Source of the DNA: Mobula hypostoma
Taxonomy: Eukaryota
NCBI RefSeq assembly: GCF_963921235.1
Contig: NC_086108.1
Span: forward strand, 80,292,001 to 80,356,000
DNA: 64,000 bases
Direction: 5' to 3'
The position numbers and the translations under genes were made by a program. Positions 1 through 11,444 of this stretch are shown here, one piece after another. Below the pieces are notes generated by a model. The model was not told the origin of the DNA. It worked only from the letters and a program-made list of their open reading frames with translations, and ran no database searches. Each line of letters begins with the position of its first letter. Positions within the stretch are counted from its first letter, which is position 1.

Positions 1-44
1 CTGTATGTCCACATTTCAAATGCTGTCAACTTATTTTCATCAGC

Positions 45-960
45 TGCTTTGAGGGTCCATGTTGCACAACCATATAGGGTTACTGGCCAGACGGGACTCT
101 TGAGGAGGCGTATCTTGGTGTTAGTGCTCACAGATCTAGTCTCCCTTCAGTTCAAGTCAAATCGTCTCTTCACAGGCCGCACCTTCCCTGGAAGAGACCC
201 AGTGATCCAAAAACCTTATGTCCTCCCTCCTCCAGCAACTCCTTAGCCGCGTATTAAACTGCATAATTTTCCTATTTCTGGCCTCTCTAGTACGTGTCAC
301 AGGTAACAATCCTGAGATCACAACCCTGGAGGCCCTGCCCTTTAATTTAGCACCTAACTCACAGAACCCCCTCTGCAGAACGTCGTCATTCCAACTACCC
401 ATGTCATTGGTACCTAAATGGACTACGACCTCTGGCTGTGCACCCTCCCACTCAAGAATGGCGAGGACTCGATCTGGGATCTTGGCACCCGGCGGAGGGG
501 GCAACATAGTTTCTGGAAATTTCATTTTCGCCCACAGAATCGCCTGTCTGTTCCCCTATCACCATAGCGTGCTTCTTCTCTCCGCACCCCCGCCCTTTCC
601 CTTGAGTCGCAAAGGCAGACTCAGTGCCAGAGACCCGACCGCTGTGAGTTTCCTCTGTTAGGTCAACCCCCCTCCCCCTAAACAGTATCTCCTGTTGTTG
701 AGGGCGATGGCCACGGAATACTCTGCACTGGCTCCTTAACCCCTTTCCCTTTCCGACTGTCACCTAGTCTCCTGTGTCCTGCACCTTAGGTGTAACTACC
801 TCTCCATATATCCTGTCTATCACCTCTTTAGCCTCCCGAATGATCATCCAATTCCAGCTCCAACTCATTAACGCGGATTGTTAGAAGTTTCAAGTGAATG
901 CAGGGCCACTGGAGTTCTCCCTGCCTTCACACATCCCGCGAGAGGGGCATTCCTTGTTCT
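45..960 (-). mobile_element. CR1 LINE ORF1 fragment (SGNH/GDSL esterase domain), degraded
   Basis: ORF 157-525 has PEVVVHLGTND, SRVVISGLLPV and WRREDIRFLDHW; ORF 452-763 has AMVIG next to the expected GDS motif. These are typical of CR1 ORF1 esterase. A homologous stretch lies at about 52900-53300. Confidence 0.85.
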
Positions 961-1888
961 GCCTGACATCTCCACTGTCCTAACTGAGCAGATATAAAGA
1001 AGGGAAGGGGGAAAAAACTTAACCTAGGTCTTCTATTTTCTTTTGCTTCCTCTGACTGAAGCTTCAAGATCACCACTCTCCACTCAGATAATGGCCGGGG
1101 GCGCTTGCCCCTACCTTCCTTTAATTTGCTCTTGCTAATGAATTGCAAATGTGGATTGGGCGCTAGTCAATGCTCTGTTACGTTTGCTGCTGCCTTCTTC
1201 TACTCGGGCACTGGACCCGAATGACATCTCCTCCTTTGAACCTTCCGATGTCTGGATTGGTCGCTGGTCAACGCTATTTAGTTTAAAGGTTGGCAGTGGA
1301 AGATTAGTATTCGGGGACGCAGAGGAGAGCCCAAATCACTTAACAGCCATAAATGAGAAAAGCATTTCAAATTTTCTGAAAGTACTGTATTACATTAAAA
1401 ATGTACAGATAAACGTTAGTTCCACTTGTAAACTACCCTCATGAGTGTTAGAGTTGTTCCCTAACCCCTACAATATATCTATTTTGGAGAATTTTGCCAA
1501 CCTGAGGAGATTCTGCAGCCTATCCTGCTTAACATTTTTAACCTGTTAATTTTTTTTTCACATTTACTAGAAACCCTTGTAATCTTACACTGTACCTATT
1601 ATATCACTTTCTGTGTTATCTTGTTCACTGCACCTTTATCACAATGTCATCCTTTTAAATTCCAGGTCAGTTTTGAGGCAATTAGTTTAACTGAACTGAT
1701 GTATTTATTTTACATTTTACGTTTTTCATCCCGGGACTGTTTCATTGTACCTTATAGGTTTCATCTCTAGAGACTTGCCATCGTTATTCCATTAAGACAG
1801 GGTGAAATGAACTAATTGTAATTGATGGAGACCATTATGGAGTCTGAACACCAGTATTTGACATTGTTGTTGTCCTTTTCGGACTCAC

Positions 1889-1989
1889 CGCTTGCACTCA
1901 TTGACCATGGTCGCATTCTCCCGAGCTTTGCCTGCGTCTGTAAGGCAGGTCTTATTGGCCCAGAAGATCCCAGAGCTAAGTGATGAGAC
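1889..1989 (-). other. Candidate spliced exon (101 nt), gene unknown
   Basis: Minus strand reads ttgcctctcag|GTCTCA...AAGCG|gtgagt in non-repetitive DNA. Two frames are open: VSSLSSGIFWANKTCLTDAGKARENATMVNECK and SHHLALGSSGPIRPALQTQAKLGRMRPWSMSAS. Confidence 0.35.
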
Positions 1990-2287
1990 CTGAGAGGCAA
2001 CGAGATCTCCAGCAGAGGGCTACAACAAATCTCGCCTAACAACTCCTTTGGATGCCATGACTGCCAACAGCCTCATCACCAGCTTTGCTATCAAAGCAAT
2101 TAAAGTTTTACACTGTTGCTTAATGACCCTGACATTCAGAAATATTAAAAAATAAATAATTTACAAGATAAATTATATTTTAATGTCAGACAAGAATAGT
2201 GAATAGTACCTAAAACATTTTAAAATAGATAAGTACATTAACTGCAATTCATGCAATTAACAGCTATATAACCTGATGGTGAAATTA

Positions 2288-2508
2288 CAATCAAAATCAG
2301 GTTCATTACCAAAGACATGTTGTTTTGTGGCAGCAGTGCAGTGTAAAAATTACTACAAGTTACAATTAAAAACAAATAACTAGTGCAAAAGAGGAATAGG
2401 GAAGAAGAGTTCATCATGGACAGTCAGAAATCTGATGGCAGAGAGGAAGAAGCTGTTCCTAAAACACTGAGTGTGAGTTTTCAGTCCCCTGTACCTCCTC
2501 CCCGATGA
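2288..2508 (-). mobile_element. Rex1-type LINE 3' tail fragment
   Basis: Parallels the adjacent tail at 2509-2750 (aatcaggtt...agaaatctgatg...gaggaagaagct). Confidence 0.6.
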
Positions 2509-3885
2509 GAATCAGAATCAGGTTTATTAATCACTGTCATATGTTGTGAAATTTGTTGGTTTGCAGCAGCAGGAAAGTGCAGTACACAAAAAAATGACAA
2601 TGTTACAATAAGAAATATATAACAACATAAATAGTGCATAAAGAAAGCAAAATACTGAGGTAGTGCTCGTGCACTTCAGAAATCTGATGTTGGAGAGGAA
2701 GAAGCTAAAGCAATGAGTATGCAGGCTCCTGTACCACATCGATGGTAGTAATGAGAAGGGGGCATGTTCTGGAAGGGTGAGGGCCCTTACTGATGGATAC
2801 TGCCTTCCTGAGGCACTGTTTTTCGAAGACGTCCTTGATGGGGAGAGGCCAGTGCCCATTATGGAACTGGCTGTCTTCAGCCCTCAGCAGCTTTTTGTGA
2901 TCCTGGAGACTCCATATCAGGTGGTGATGAAGCTGGTCGGGTGAGGCTGGCTGCTGCAATGTGATGAGCTGTGTCCGCAGCTCTTTCAAATTTCTTGCGG
3001 TCACATGGCGGAACAGTTGCCATACCAAGCTGTTATACATCCAAGCAGAATGTTTTCGTGGTGCACTAATAAAAAATGGTAAACCATGTTGTGGACATGC
3101 CAAATCTCTTTAGCGTCCTAAAGAAGTAGAGGCATTGGTGAGCTTTCTTTGATGTGGCATCGACATGGATGGACTAGGGCAGGATAACGGTGATGTTCAC
3201 ACCTAGGAACTTGAAGTTCTCAATCTCACATTGTTGATGTAGACAGAAGCAGGTGGACCACACCCCTTTCTGAAGTCTATGACCAACTTTTTTGTTGACT
3301 TTGAGGGAAAGGTGGTTGTTATGACACCATGTCTCTAAGCTGTGTATCTCCTTCCTGTACTCCGAATCATCGCCATTTGAGATGTGACCCACTTCAGTGG
3401 ATTCATCTGCAAGTGTGTAGATGGAGTTAGAGCAGAATCTGGCCATGCAGTCATGAGTGTAGAGGGAGTAGAGCAGGGGCTGAGGACGTAACCTTGTAGA
3501 GCACCAGTGTTTAAAATAATCATAACGGAGGTGTTGCTGCCTATCGTTACTGATGTAGAAAATAGCAGGCTGACATAGTTATTGCTGTTGTCCAGATGGT
3601 CAAAGGTCAAGTAGGGACCCACTGAGATTATGTCTGCTGTAGACCTGCTATGACAGTAGGCAAATTGCAGCACGTCCAGGTCCTTGCTCAGGCAGGAGTT
3701 AATTCTAGTCGTGACCAACTTCTCAAAGCACTCATCCCAGTAGACGCTGAGGCAGCTCACCCTGCTCTTCTTGGATACCAGTATGAATAATACCTTCCCT
3801 AGGAAGTGGGAACCTCCAGCTGCAGAAGTGAGAGTGTGAAAATGTCCTTGAACACTCCAGCCAGTTAGTTGCCACAGGTTTGCAC
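2509..3885 (-). mobile_element. Rex1/Babar-clade LINE, 5'-truncated and frameshifted RT
   Basis: Contains CFEKLVTTRINSCLSKDLDVLQFAYCHSRSTADII, NTGALQGYVLSP and LADESTEVGHISNGDDSEYRKEI, with a (TCTGAT)n tail at 2509-2520. Confidence 0.85.
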
Positions 3886-4039
3886 AAATAGCAAGGCTTG
3901 TCACGAAAAGATGGAGATGTGATTTTCTGAGTGGGTGATGAAGGTTATTGGGGTATATGCTGAAAATTGCCAATGCTGCTGCTAATCAAAGCAAAATGAT
4001 TAACTTGTTTGATAATTTTTCTGTACAATTAATTTAAAC

Positions 4040-4361
4040 CAGGGGTCCCAAACATAGGGTCCATGGACCCCTCAGTTAATGGTAAGGCTTCATGGCATAA
4101 AGACAACTGCGGTGCTCCAAAGAACGCTATATGAAGTCATTCTTACTGTCGGCCATTAGGCTCTATAATGAGTCAACCTATAGCTGGGGAATTGACGATG
4201 CCCTTCTATTAGACTGTTTGAGGTAACTTTTTTTCCCCATTTCTTACTTCTCTTCTAATATTTGTATATCTGTGCACTTGTAATGCTACTGTGACACTGT
4301 CATTTACTCTGGGATCAATAAGGTATCTATCTACCTATCTAAAAAACATTGGGAACCTCCG
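4040..4361. mobile_element. hAT (Charlie-like) MITE interrupted by a LINE 3' end
   Basis: Imperfect TIRs caggggtcccaa / ttgggaacctccg, with an 8-bp near-TSD atttaaac (4032-4039) / acttaaac (4362-4369). Confidence 0.7.
4101..4340 (+). mobile_element. Rex1-type LINE 3' end (second family) with (TATC)n tail
   Basis: Translates as RQLRCSKERYMKSFLLSAIRLYN and ends gggatcaataaggtatctatctacctatct. Confidence 0.7.
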
Positions 4362-5012
4362 ACTTAAACCAGAATGCATTTAACCACCAAAAATGTTTGA
4401 CCTATATCAGTTCCATACATTTGAATTTTATTGACCTTTTAACTTGTATCAAACACATCTTTAAGTCCAGGCTAACATTTTCATAATTTTCCAGAACAAA
4501 ATTAAGATATTACTCTAAACAATTTTTTTAAAATAGATGTAAGAATTTGGGGTGTAGTTTCAGATCTATTCAACAATGACTCCCATGTCGATATTCTGCT
4601 CTGGCGTATTTGAAATCACCTTATATTTTCTCCTCTTTTTTTTTCTCTCTCTCATATCATCCATGGCAATTTTTTTGTTAGCCTATAATTCACTTCAAAA
4701 TTTAGCCACTTCCTTTTCTACTTTGTACTTATCTGTATGGCTTCTGTCATAAAATAACTGCTTGCAACATAATCTGTTCATGTAGATAATATGACAGAAA
4801 ATTTTATCAACTGCTTACTTTTGTCCCCTAATGCTCCCAGGAATATCATAAAGAGAAATTGTGTAGGAAAATGAAAAGTTGCAAAAAGTTCTAGACTACC
4901 CAGTAGCACCAGTAAACATATAGAGAAAGAATCAACTATGGTTGTTTAAAAAACAATCTTTTTAAAAGCTATTCGGTCAAAAGGCAGCCAAGTTGCAGAG
5001 TTCCTATTGTGG

Positions 5013-5066
5013 CATTTAGTATGGGTGAAGTTTCCGGTGTGTATTAAACCTTGCCCATACTAAATG
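5013..5066 (+). ncRNA. Pre-miRNA-like hairpin (unassigned)
   Basis: catttagtatgggtgaagttt-[12-nt loop]-aaaccttgcccatactaaatg forms a 21-position stem: 13 perfect outer pairs, two G-U wobbles and one mismatch. Confidence 0.4.
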
Positions 5067-6191
5067 GTCTCATTGGCCATTCTTGAATTGTGGTTTGTTA
5101 CTCAGTTTTACAAAGTATTCTGGTTTAATGATGCTTGCACTTGTTGCTGAATGTCCATGAGGTAATGCTTCTGATTCTAAGCCTCATTCTCATCACCAGT
5201 GCAACACCGTGCTGTTGATAGAAACTTGTAAAATTACTCTTTGCAGCTGACACTGGAATTTCAGCAGGATCCCTCCGGATGTATGGTTGACTTAATATTG
5301 TGAACAGAGAACCGGGTTTAGTTTATGAGGTTAGCATGATTGACTTATTTTATGCAAGATCCAGACATTGGAAACATCTGTCACTGGGAGTTGCCCATTT
5401 AACTGTCATAAATGTGGGATACAAAGACCTGCATTTAAGCAGTTTGCAAAATCCATCTGTCTACATAAAAGCCATTTTTTCATCTAAATATGTTAGTGAT
5501 AGCAACTTTGATTCTGTTATTGAAGTGGCATTTTGGAAGGTTGTGCTTATTTTTGTGGCCTTCTTAGGAATTGACATAAGGAATTGATCAGTGTGGTAAT
5601 GCCAGTTTCACATTTGGTGTCCAGACAATTGTAGCTGCAGGCACTTTTATGATCTTTTCATGTCAGGCTAGGTAAGGGGAGCCGGTCACCCTTTTCAACA
5701 AAACCGTGCTGATCCTTCCAAAATCTCACAGTCACCTTCACCATTGTGTGTTACAGGAACTGAATAAAGATATGTGAGGTGCTGTGATATTTTTATACAT
5801 TACCAGATATTTACCTACAAATATTTCTTCATTAAGATCACAAGAATTTTTCTATGATGAATGATTATTGTTTGCACCTACCCTTTCTAACTGTTGTGCA
5901 CTTCGTACTGATACCTGAGTTTTATAGTTTGTCATGTTTACTACTTTTGACTTTTAAAACTTTATTTATTGGGGGTAACGTGTCCCATAAAAACCAGGAG
6001 CGATCTACCCCCAGTGCCACAACCAACTCATGAGGGTTGTTATGGCATCTGAGGTAGATCTTGAGGCCTTCAATGTCTTAAAGACAAGGGAAGCAAAAGA
6101 GCAGGTGCTAAAGCAGGTACTTGGATTTTCCTACATTATATTTCTTATTTTCATTGATTAGTGGTGGTACTGTTGTAAGAGCCTGAGTATA

Positions 6192-6520
6192 CGAGGGGTG
6201 ATTGATAAGGTCGTGGCCTAAGGTAGAAGGAGATGAGTTATACAACTCTCGTTATATGCACGTGCAGTTCAACTCTTTGAGTGAAAATGCAGAAAGACTG
6301 AAGTTTCTCCTCATCTCCTTCTACTTTAGACCATGAACTTATCAATCACCCTTGCTGTGGACCACTTCTGGAGGTCCAAGACGCCGACTCCTACAAAGAA
6401 GGGATCTGTATGCTCCATGACCGCTGGACTAAGTGTGTAAATGTAGGAAAAATAAATGTGCTATGTTTTCTAAAATTGACTCCTTCTACCTTAGGCCATG
6501 AACTTATCAATCAGTCCTCG
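6192..6520 (+). mobile_element. Non-autonomous mariner element
   Basis: TA-flanked TIRs cgaggggtgattgataag.../...cttatcaatcagtcctcg. The interior holds a transposase C-terminal remnant YKEGICMLHDRWTKCVNVG and an extra TIR copy at about 6310-6354. Confidence 0.85.
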
Positions 6521-6574
6521 TATAATTAAACCCATATATTAGTATGTTTAAGCCAATTTTAGAGAATCATGTCA

Positions 6575-6903
6575 ATGGCTACTGGTTATACTAAAAGACT
6601 AATAATCCACAAAGTATGAGTTCTAATCTGGCCAAGTGAATTTAATTTAATTTTACAACTTAGGAAGTAAATATCTAACATCAATAAATGCTGTGAAACT
6701 GACAAATTGCTTTAAAAACCAAGCTGGTATTTTGTTTTACCGTTGATCTATCCAGTCTGACTTGTGTATTATTCCATTGCCACACTAATGTAGGTGACTG
6801 AATTGTCCTCTGTAGTACGATAGCAAGTCACTCAGTTGTACCCTCACTTTCTCTGGACAATTATGGATGAACAGTAAACACCAAAGCCAGCAAAACCCAC
6901 ATC
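6575..6903 (+). mobile_element. Old degraded tRNA/L2-type SINE
   Basis: Degenerate match to a shark SINE pattern recalled from memory (gagttctaatc ... agcaagtcactcagttgta ... gccagcaaaacccacatc). It continues as ccaag after the CR1 insert. Confidence 0.5.
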
Positions 6904-7060
6904 ATAGAAACATAGAAAATAGGTGCAGGAGTAGGCCATTCGGCCCTTCGAGCCTGCACCGCCATTCAGTATGATCATGGCTGACCATCCAACTCAGAAC
7001 CCTGTACCAGCCTTCCCTCCATACCCCCTGATCCCTTTAGCCACAAGGGCCATATCTAAC
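6904..7060 (-). mobile_element. Young CR1 3' end (about 157 bp)
   Basis: Near-identical to the 3' ends at 25250-25416 and 61507-61675; flanked by duplicated acatc. Confidence 0.9.
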
Positions 7061-7130
7061 ATCCCAAGACAAATGTGGTCTTGCAAAGCCTTTTCTGAAC
7101 TTCTATTTAATCAGTAACTAATTGATGTAA

Positions 7131-7324
7131 CCACACACTGCTCCAGTCCACCCAGCTGAAAATGGGTACCAGCAAATGGTGGGGGTTAACCTCACGATAG
7201 ACTGCCGTCCTATCTGGGGTGGGGTGGGGGGAGTCTCGTACTCTCAGTCGCTTCACGCCACAGAAACCGGCGTAAGCACCGGCCTGATGGGCCACAAGGC
7301 TCAGGACAGACTTTAACATTTTTT
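7131..7324 (+). mobile_element. 5'-truncated SINE with 12-bp TSD
   Basis: TSD taattgatgtaa at 7119-7130 and 7325-7336. Body reads ccacccagctgaaaatgggtacc...cagtcgcttcacgccacagaaaccgg...gatgggccac. Confidence 0.8.
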
Positions 7325-8574
7325 TAATTGATGTAATGACTAAATTAAAACTTTCAGTAGTACTATGTTCTCATTAATTCATCCTTTAGGAATAGTGGAT
7401 GACTTAGCAGCTATATGGAGCTTTTGATTAATTTATCTAATTTTTAACACACATTTTTAACACATACCAGTGGATTTGGTGTCAAATGTTCTGTGTATTG
7501 TTGTGAAGTGTACATTAATGCTGAAATTATATTCCAAAATTAGTTTTCTGTGGAAATATATGTGGTACCATATTTATCAGTAAGTGAAGGGAGAGATGTA
7601 AGTATACTTCTTACTGCTTTTTGAGTGGATGAATTCTAAAGTTAAAGCTTTGACTTTGAGTCTGAAGTTTTTAATGGGTATGTGGAAATATTTAAAATCC
7701 TTGTGATTATCGACCTTGTGCATGCTTTTCATAAATCTCCCACCAGCTTTAGGTGGGTTTTGATAATGATTTTCCCAATGACTGCAAAGTAATGTTGCAT
7801 GGCATTCATAACAATGGAAACTCACAGCTAAACCATTAAATTATCTTTCTAAGTATTTCCTGAAAGGGAACTATTAAGTATGTAAATTCCAATAATGTTT
7901 TTCTAATGAAGCAAAATACTTACTATCAGGTTAGCACCTCTATGCAGTATTGTTTAATCACTTTGATCATTTCCAAGCTGTGGGTATTTTTACATACTGC
8001 TTTAAATCCTTACATTTGCATTTTGTTTCATCTCTGAAATGTTTAGTTTGATGTTTGTCAAGATTTGGAAATTGAGAGATCAGTTTCCCATTTGGGTTCA
8101 GTTTGACACAAATACACAATGTATCTGAATTCGGCAGGTAAGTGCCCCAGAAAAAAAACGTGTTGCCATTTAAAAGCAGGATTTCTATTGTTAAAATAAA
8201 TCCCTATTTTCTTACAACATAGGAGAGGCTATTTGTCCTCTGAGTCAATGGCAGATCGCAGACCACTCTCATTCTCCTACTGATTTTCCCTGGGATTTAC
8301 TCTTCCCACATCCGCATCAATTTTTCCACACCTACACTGGGAGAACTTAAAATGCCCAAATACTCTACCAACCCACACGTTTTTGGGATAGGGAGGAGAC
8401 CAGAGCACCAGAAGGAAAGCAGATGCTAACCTGTGAGAATGCACTCTCTTAAATGGTCCTTTGCTATCTGCCTCTACCACCTCTCCTGGGAGTGCATTCC
8501 AGGTCCCCACTCAGTGCAAAAAAAAACTCCTTTGTACATCTCCTTTGTACTTTCCCCTACCACCTTAAATCTAG

Positions 8575-8832
8575 AGCAACATACAAACTGCGGAGGAGGT
8601 GAAAGGTGAGTGAGGTAAAGGGCTGAAGAAGAAGCAGGAATCTAGTGGGGAGGAGAGTGGACAGTGGAAGAAAGGGAAGGACGAGAGGCACTAGAGAGAG
8701 GTGATGGGGTGAGAAGGTAAACCGGAAAGGGGAATAGAGAAAGAGAGAAGGGGAAGGGGAAGGGGGAGAAATTATTAGAAGTTAGAGAAATTGGTGTTAA
8801 TGGCATCAGGATGGAGGATACCCAGACATAAT
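8575..8832 (-). mobile_element. Penelope-like element 3' fragment (continues at about 11362-11440)
   Basis: 8772-8832 and 11362-11440 are collinear with the GIY-YIG C-terminal region at 31705-31850, split by a CR1 insertion. Confidence 0.7.
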
Positions 8833-8849
8833 CCCCAGGAGGATACCAG

Positions 8850-11359
8850 GGCATGGCATTGTTGATCAGAGATAGTGTCACGGCTGCAGAAAAGGAGCAA
8901 GACATCGAGGAATTGTCTATGGAGTCTCTGTGGGTGGAAGTTAGGAACAGGAAGAAGTCAACAACTCTACTGCATGTTTTTTATAGACCACCCAATGGTA
9001 ACAGGGACATCGAGGAGCAGATTGGGAAACATATTCTGGAAAGGTGTAATAATAACAGGGTTGTCGTGGTGGGAGATTTTAATTTCCCAAATATCGATTG
9101 GTATCTCCCTAGAGCAAGGGGCTTAGATGGGGTGGAGTTTGTTAGGCGTGTTCAAGAAGGTTTCTTGACACAATATGTAGATAAGCCTACAAGAGGAGAG
9201 GCTGTACTTGATCTGTTATTGGAAAATGAACCTGGTCAGGTGTCAGATCTCTCAGTGGGAGAGCATTTTGGAGATGGTGATCACAATTCTATCTCCTTTA
9301 CCATAGCATTGGAGAGGGATAGGAACAGACAAGTTAGGAAAGCTTTTAATCGGAGTAAGGGGAAATAAGAGGCTATCAGACAGGAACTTGGAAGCATAAA
9401 TTGGGAACAGATGTTCTCAGGGAAATGTATAGAAGAAATGTGGCAAATGTTCAGGAGATATTTGCGCGGAGTTCTGCATAGGTACATTTGGAGCTTAAGA
9501 AAGAAAATAGGAGCCAGAAGGGGCCATGAGAAGGCCTTGGCAGACAGGATTAAGGAAAACCCCAAGGCATTCTACAAGTATTTGAATAGCAAGAAGATAA
9601 GACATGAGAGAATAGGACCAATCAACTGTGAGAGTGGAAAAGTGTGAATGGAACCGGAGGAGATAGCAGAGGTACTTAATGAGTACTTTGCTTCAGTATT
9701 CACTACGGAAAAGGACCTTGGGGATTGCAGGGGTGACTTGCAGCAGACTGAAAAGCTTGAGCATATAGATATTAAGAAAGAGGATGTGCAGGAACTTTTG
9801 GAAAGCATCAAGTTGGATAAGTCACCGGGACCAGACAAGATGTACCCCAGGCTACTGTAGAAGGCATGGGAGGAGATTGCTGAGCCTCTGGCGATGATCT
9901 TTGCATCATCAATGGGGACAGGAGCGGTTCTGGAGGATTGGAGGGTTGCAGATGTTGTTCCATTATTCAAGAAAGGGAGTAGAGATAGCCCAGGAAATTA
10001 TAGACTAGTGAGTCTTACATCAGTAAGTTCATGGAGAAGATCCTGAGAGGCAGGATTTATGTACAGTTGGAGAGGCATAATATGGCTTTGTTAAAGGCAG
10101 GTTGTGCCCTACGAGCCTGATTGAATTTTTTGAGTTTGTTACTAAATTGATAAAGGTAGAGCAGTAGATATAGTGTATATGGATTTCAGCAAGGCATTTG
10201 ACAACGTACCCCCTGCAAGGCTTATTGAGAAAGTAAGGAGGCATGGGATCCAAGGGGAGATTGCTTTGTGGATCCAGAACTGGCTTGCCCACAGAAGGCA
10301 AAGAATGGTTGTAGACGGGTCATATTTTGCATGGAGGTCGGTCACCAGTGGAGTGCCTCAGCGATCTGTTCTGGGACCCCTACACTTCGTGATTTTTATA
10401 AATGACCTGGTGAAGAAGTGGCGGGATGGGTTAGTAAATTTGCTGATGACACAAAGGTTGGAGGTGTTGTGGATAGTGTGGAGGGCTGTCAGAGGTTACA
10501 GCAGGACATCGATAGGATGCAAAACTGGGCTGAGAAGTGGCAGATGGAGTTCAACGCAGATAAGTGTGAGGTAGTTCATTTTGGTAGGTCAAATATGATG
10601 GCAGAATATAGCATTAATGGTAAGACTCTTGGCAGTGTGGAGGATCAGAGGGATCTTGGGGTCCAAGTCCCCAAGATTTGGATTCAAATCAGCACTCAAA
10701 GCTGCTGCGCAGGTTGACTGTGTGGTTAAGAAAGCATATGGTGCATTGGCCTTCAGCAATCGTGGGACTGAGTTTAGGATTGAGTTTAGGAGCCGAGAGG
10801 TAATGTTGCAGCTATATAGGACCCTGGTCAAATCCCACTTGGAATACTGTGCTCAGTCCTGGTTGCCTCACTACAGAAAGGATGTGGAAACCATAGAAAA
10901 GGTGCAGGGGAGATTTACAACGATGTTGCCTGGCTTGGGGAGCATGCTTTATGAGAATAGGTTGAGTGAACTTGGCCTTTTTTCCTTGGAGTGACGGAGG
11001 ATGAGAGGTGACCTGACAGAGGTGTATATAATGATGAGAGGCATTGATTGTGTGGACAGTCAAAGGCGTTTTCCCCAGGGCTGAAATGGGGGCAGTTTTA
11101 AGGTGCTTGGAAGTAGGTACAGAGGAGATGTCAGGGGCAAGTTTTTTACGTAGAGAGTGATGAGTGCATGGAATGGGCTGCCGGCGACGGTGGTGGAGGC
11201 GGATACGATAGGGTCTTTTAAGAGTCTCCTGGACAGGTACATAGAGCTCAGAAAAATAGAGGACTATGGGTAACCCTAGGTAATTTCCAAGGTAAGGACA
11301 TGTTCGGCACAGCTTTGAGGGCCGGAGGGCTTGTATTGTGCCGTAGGTTTTCTATGTTT
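8850..11359 (+). mobile_element. CR1 LINE ORF2 (APE endonuclease + RT), degraded, with an internal deletion near 9487
   Basis: Contains FYRPPN, VVVGDFNFPNIDW, YMDFSKAFD, SGVPQRSVLGP and SKFADDTKVGG, with several stops and frameshifts and a ttttctatgtt tail. Same family as 27645-30508. Confidence 0.95.
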
Positions 11360-11444
11360 AGGATATGAGGTATTGCTCCTCAGATTTGAGTGGCCTCATC
11401 ATGATAGTAGAGTCAGCCATGGGCTGACATGTTGGAATGAAAAT

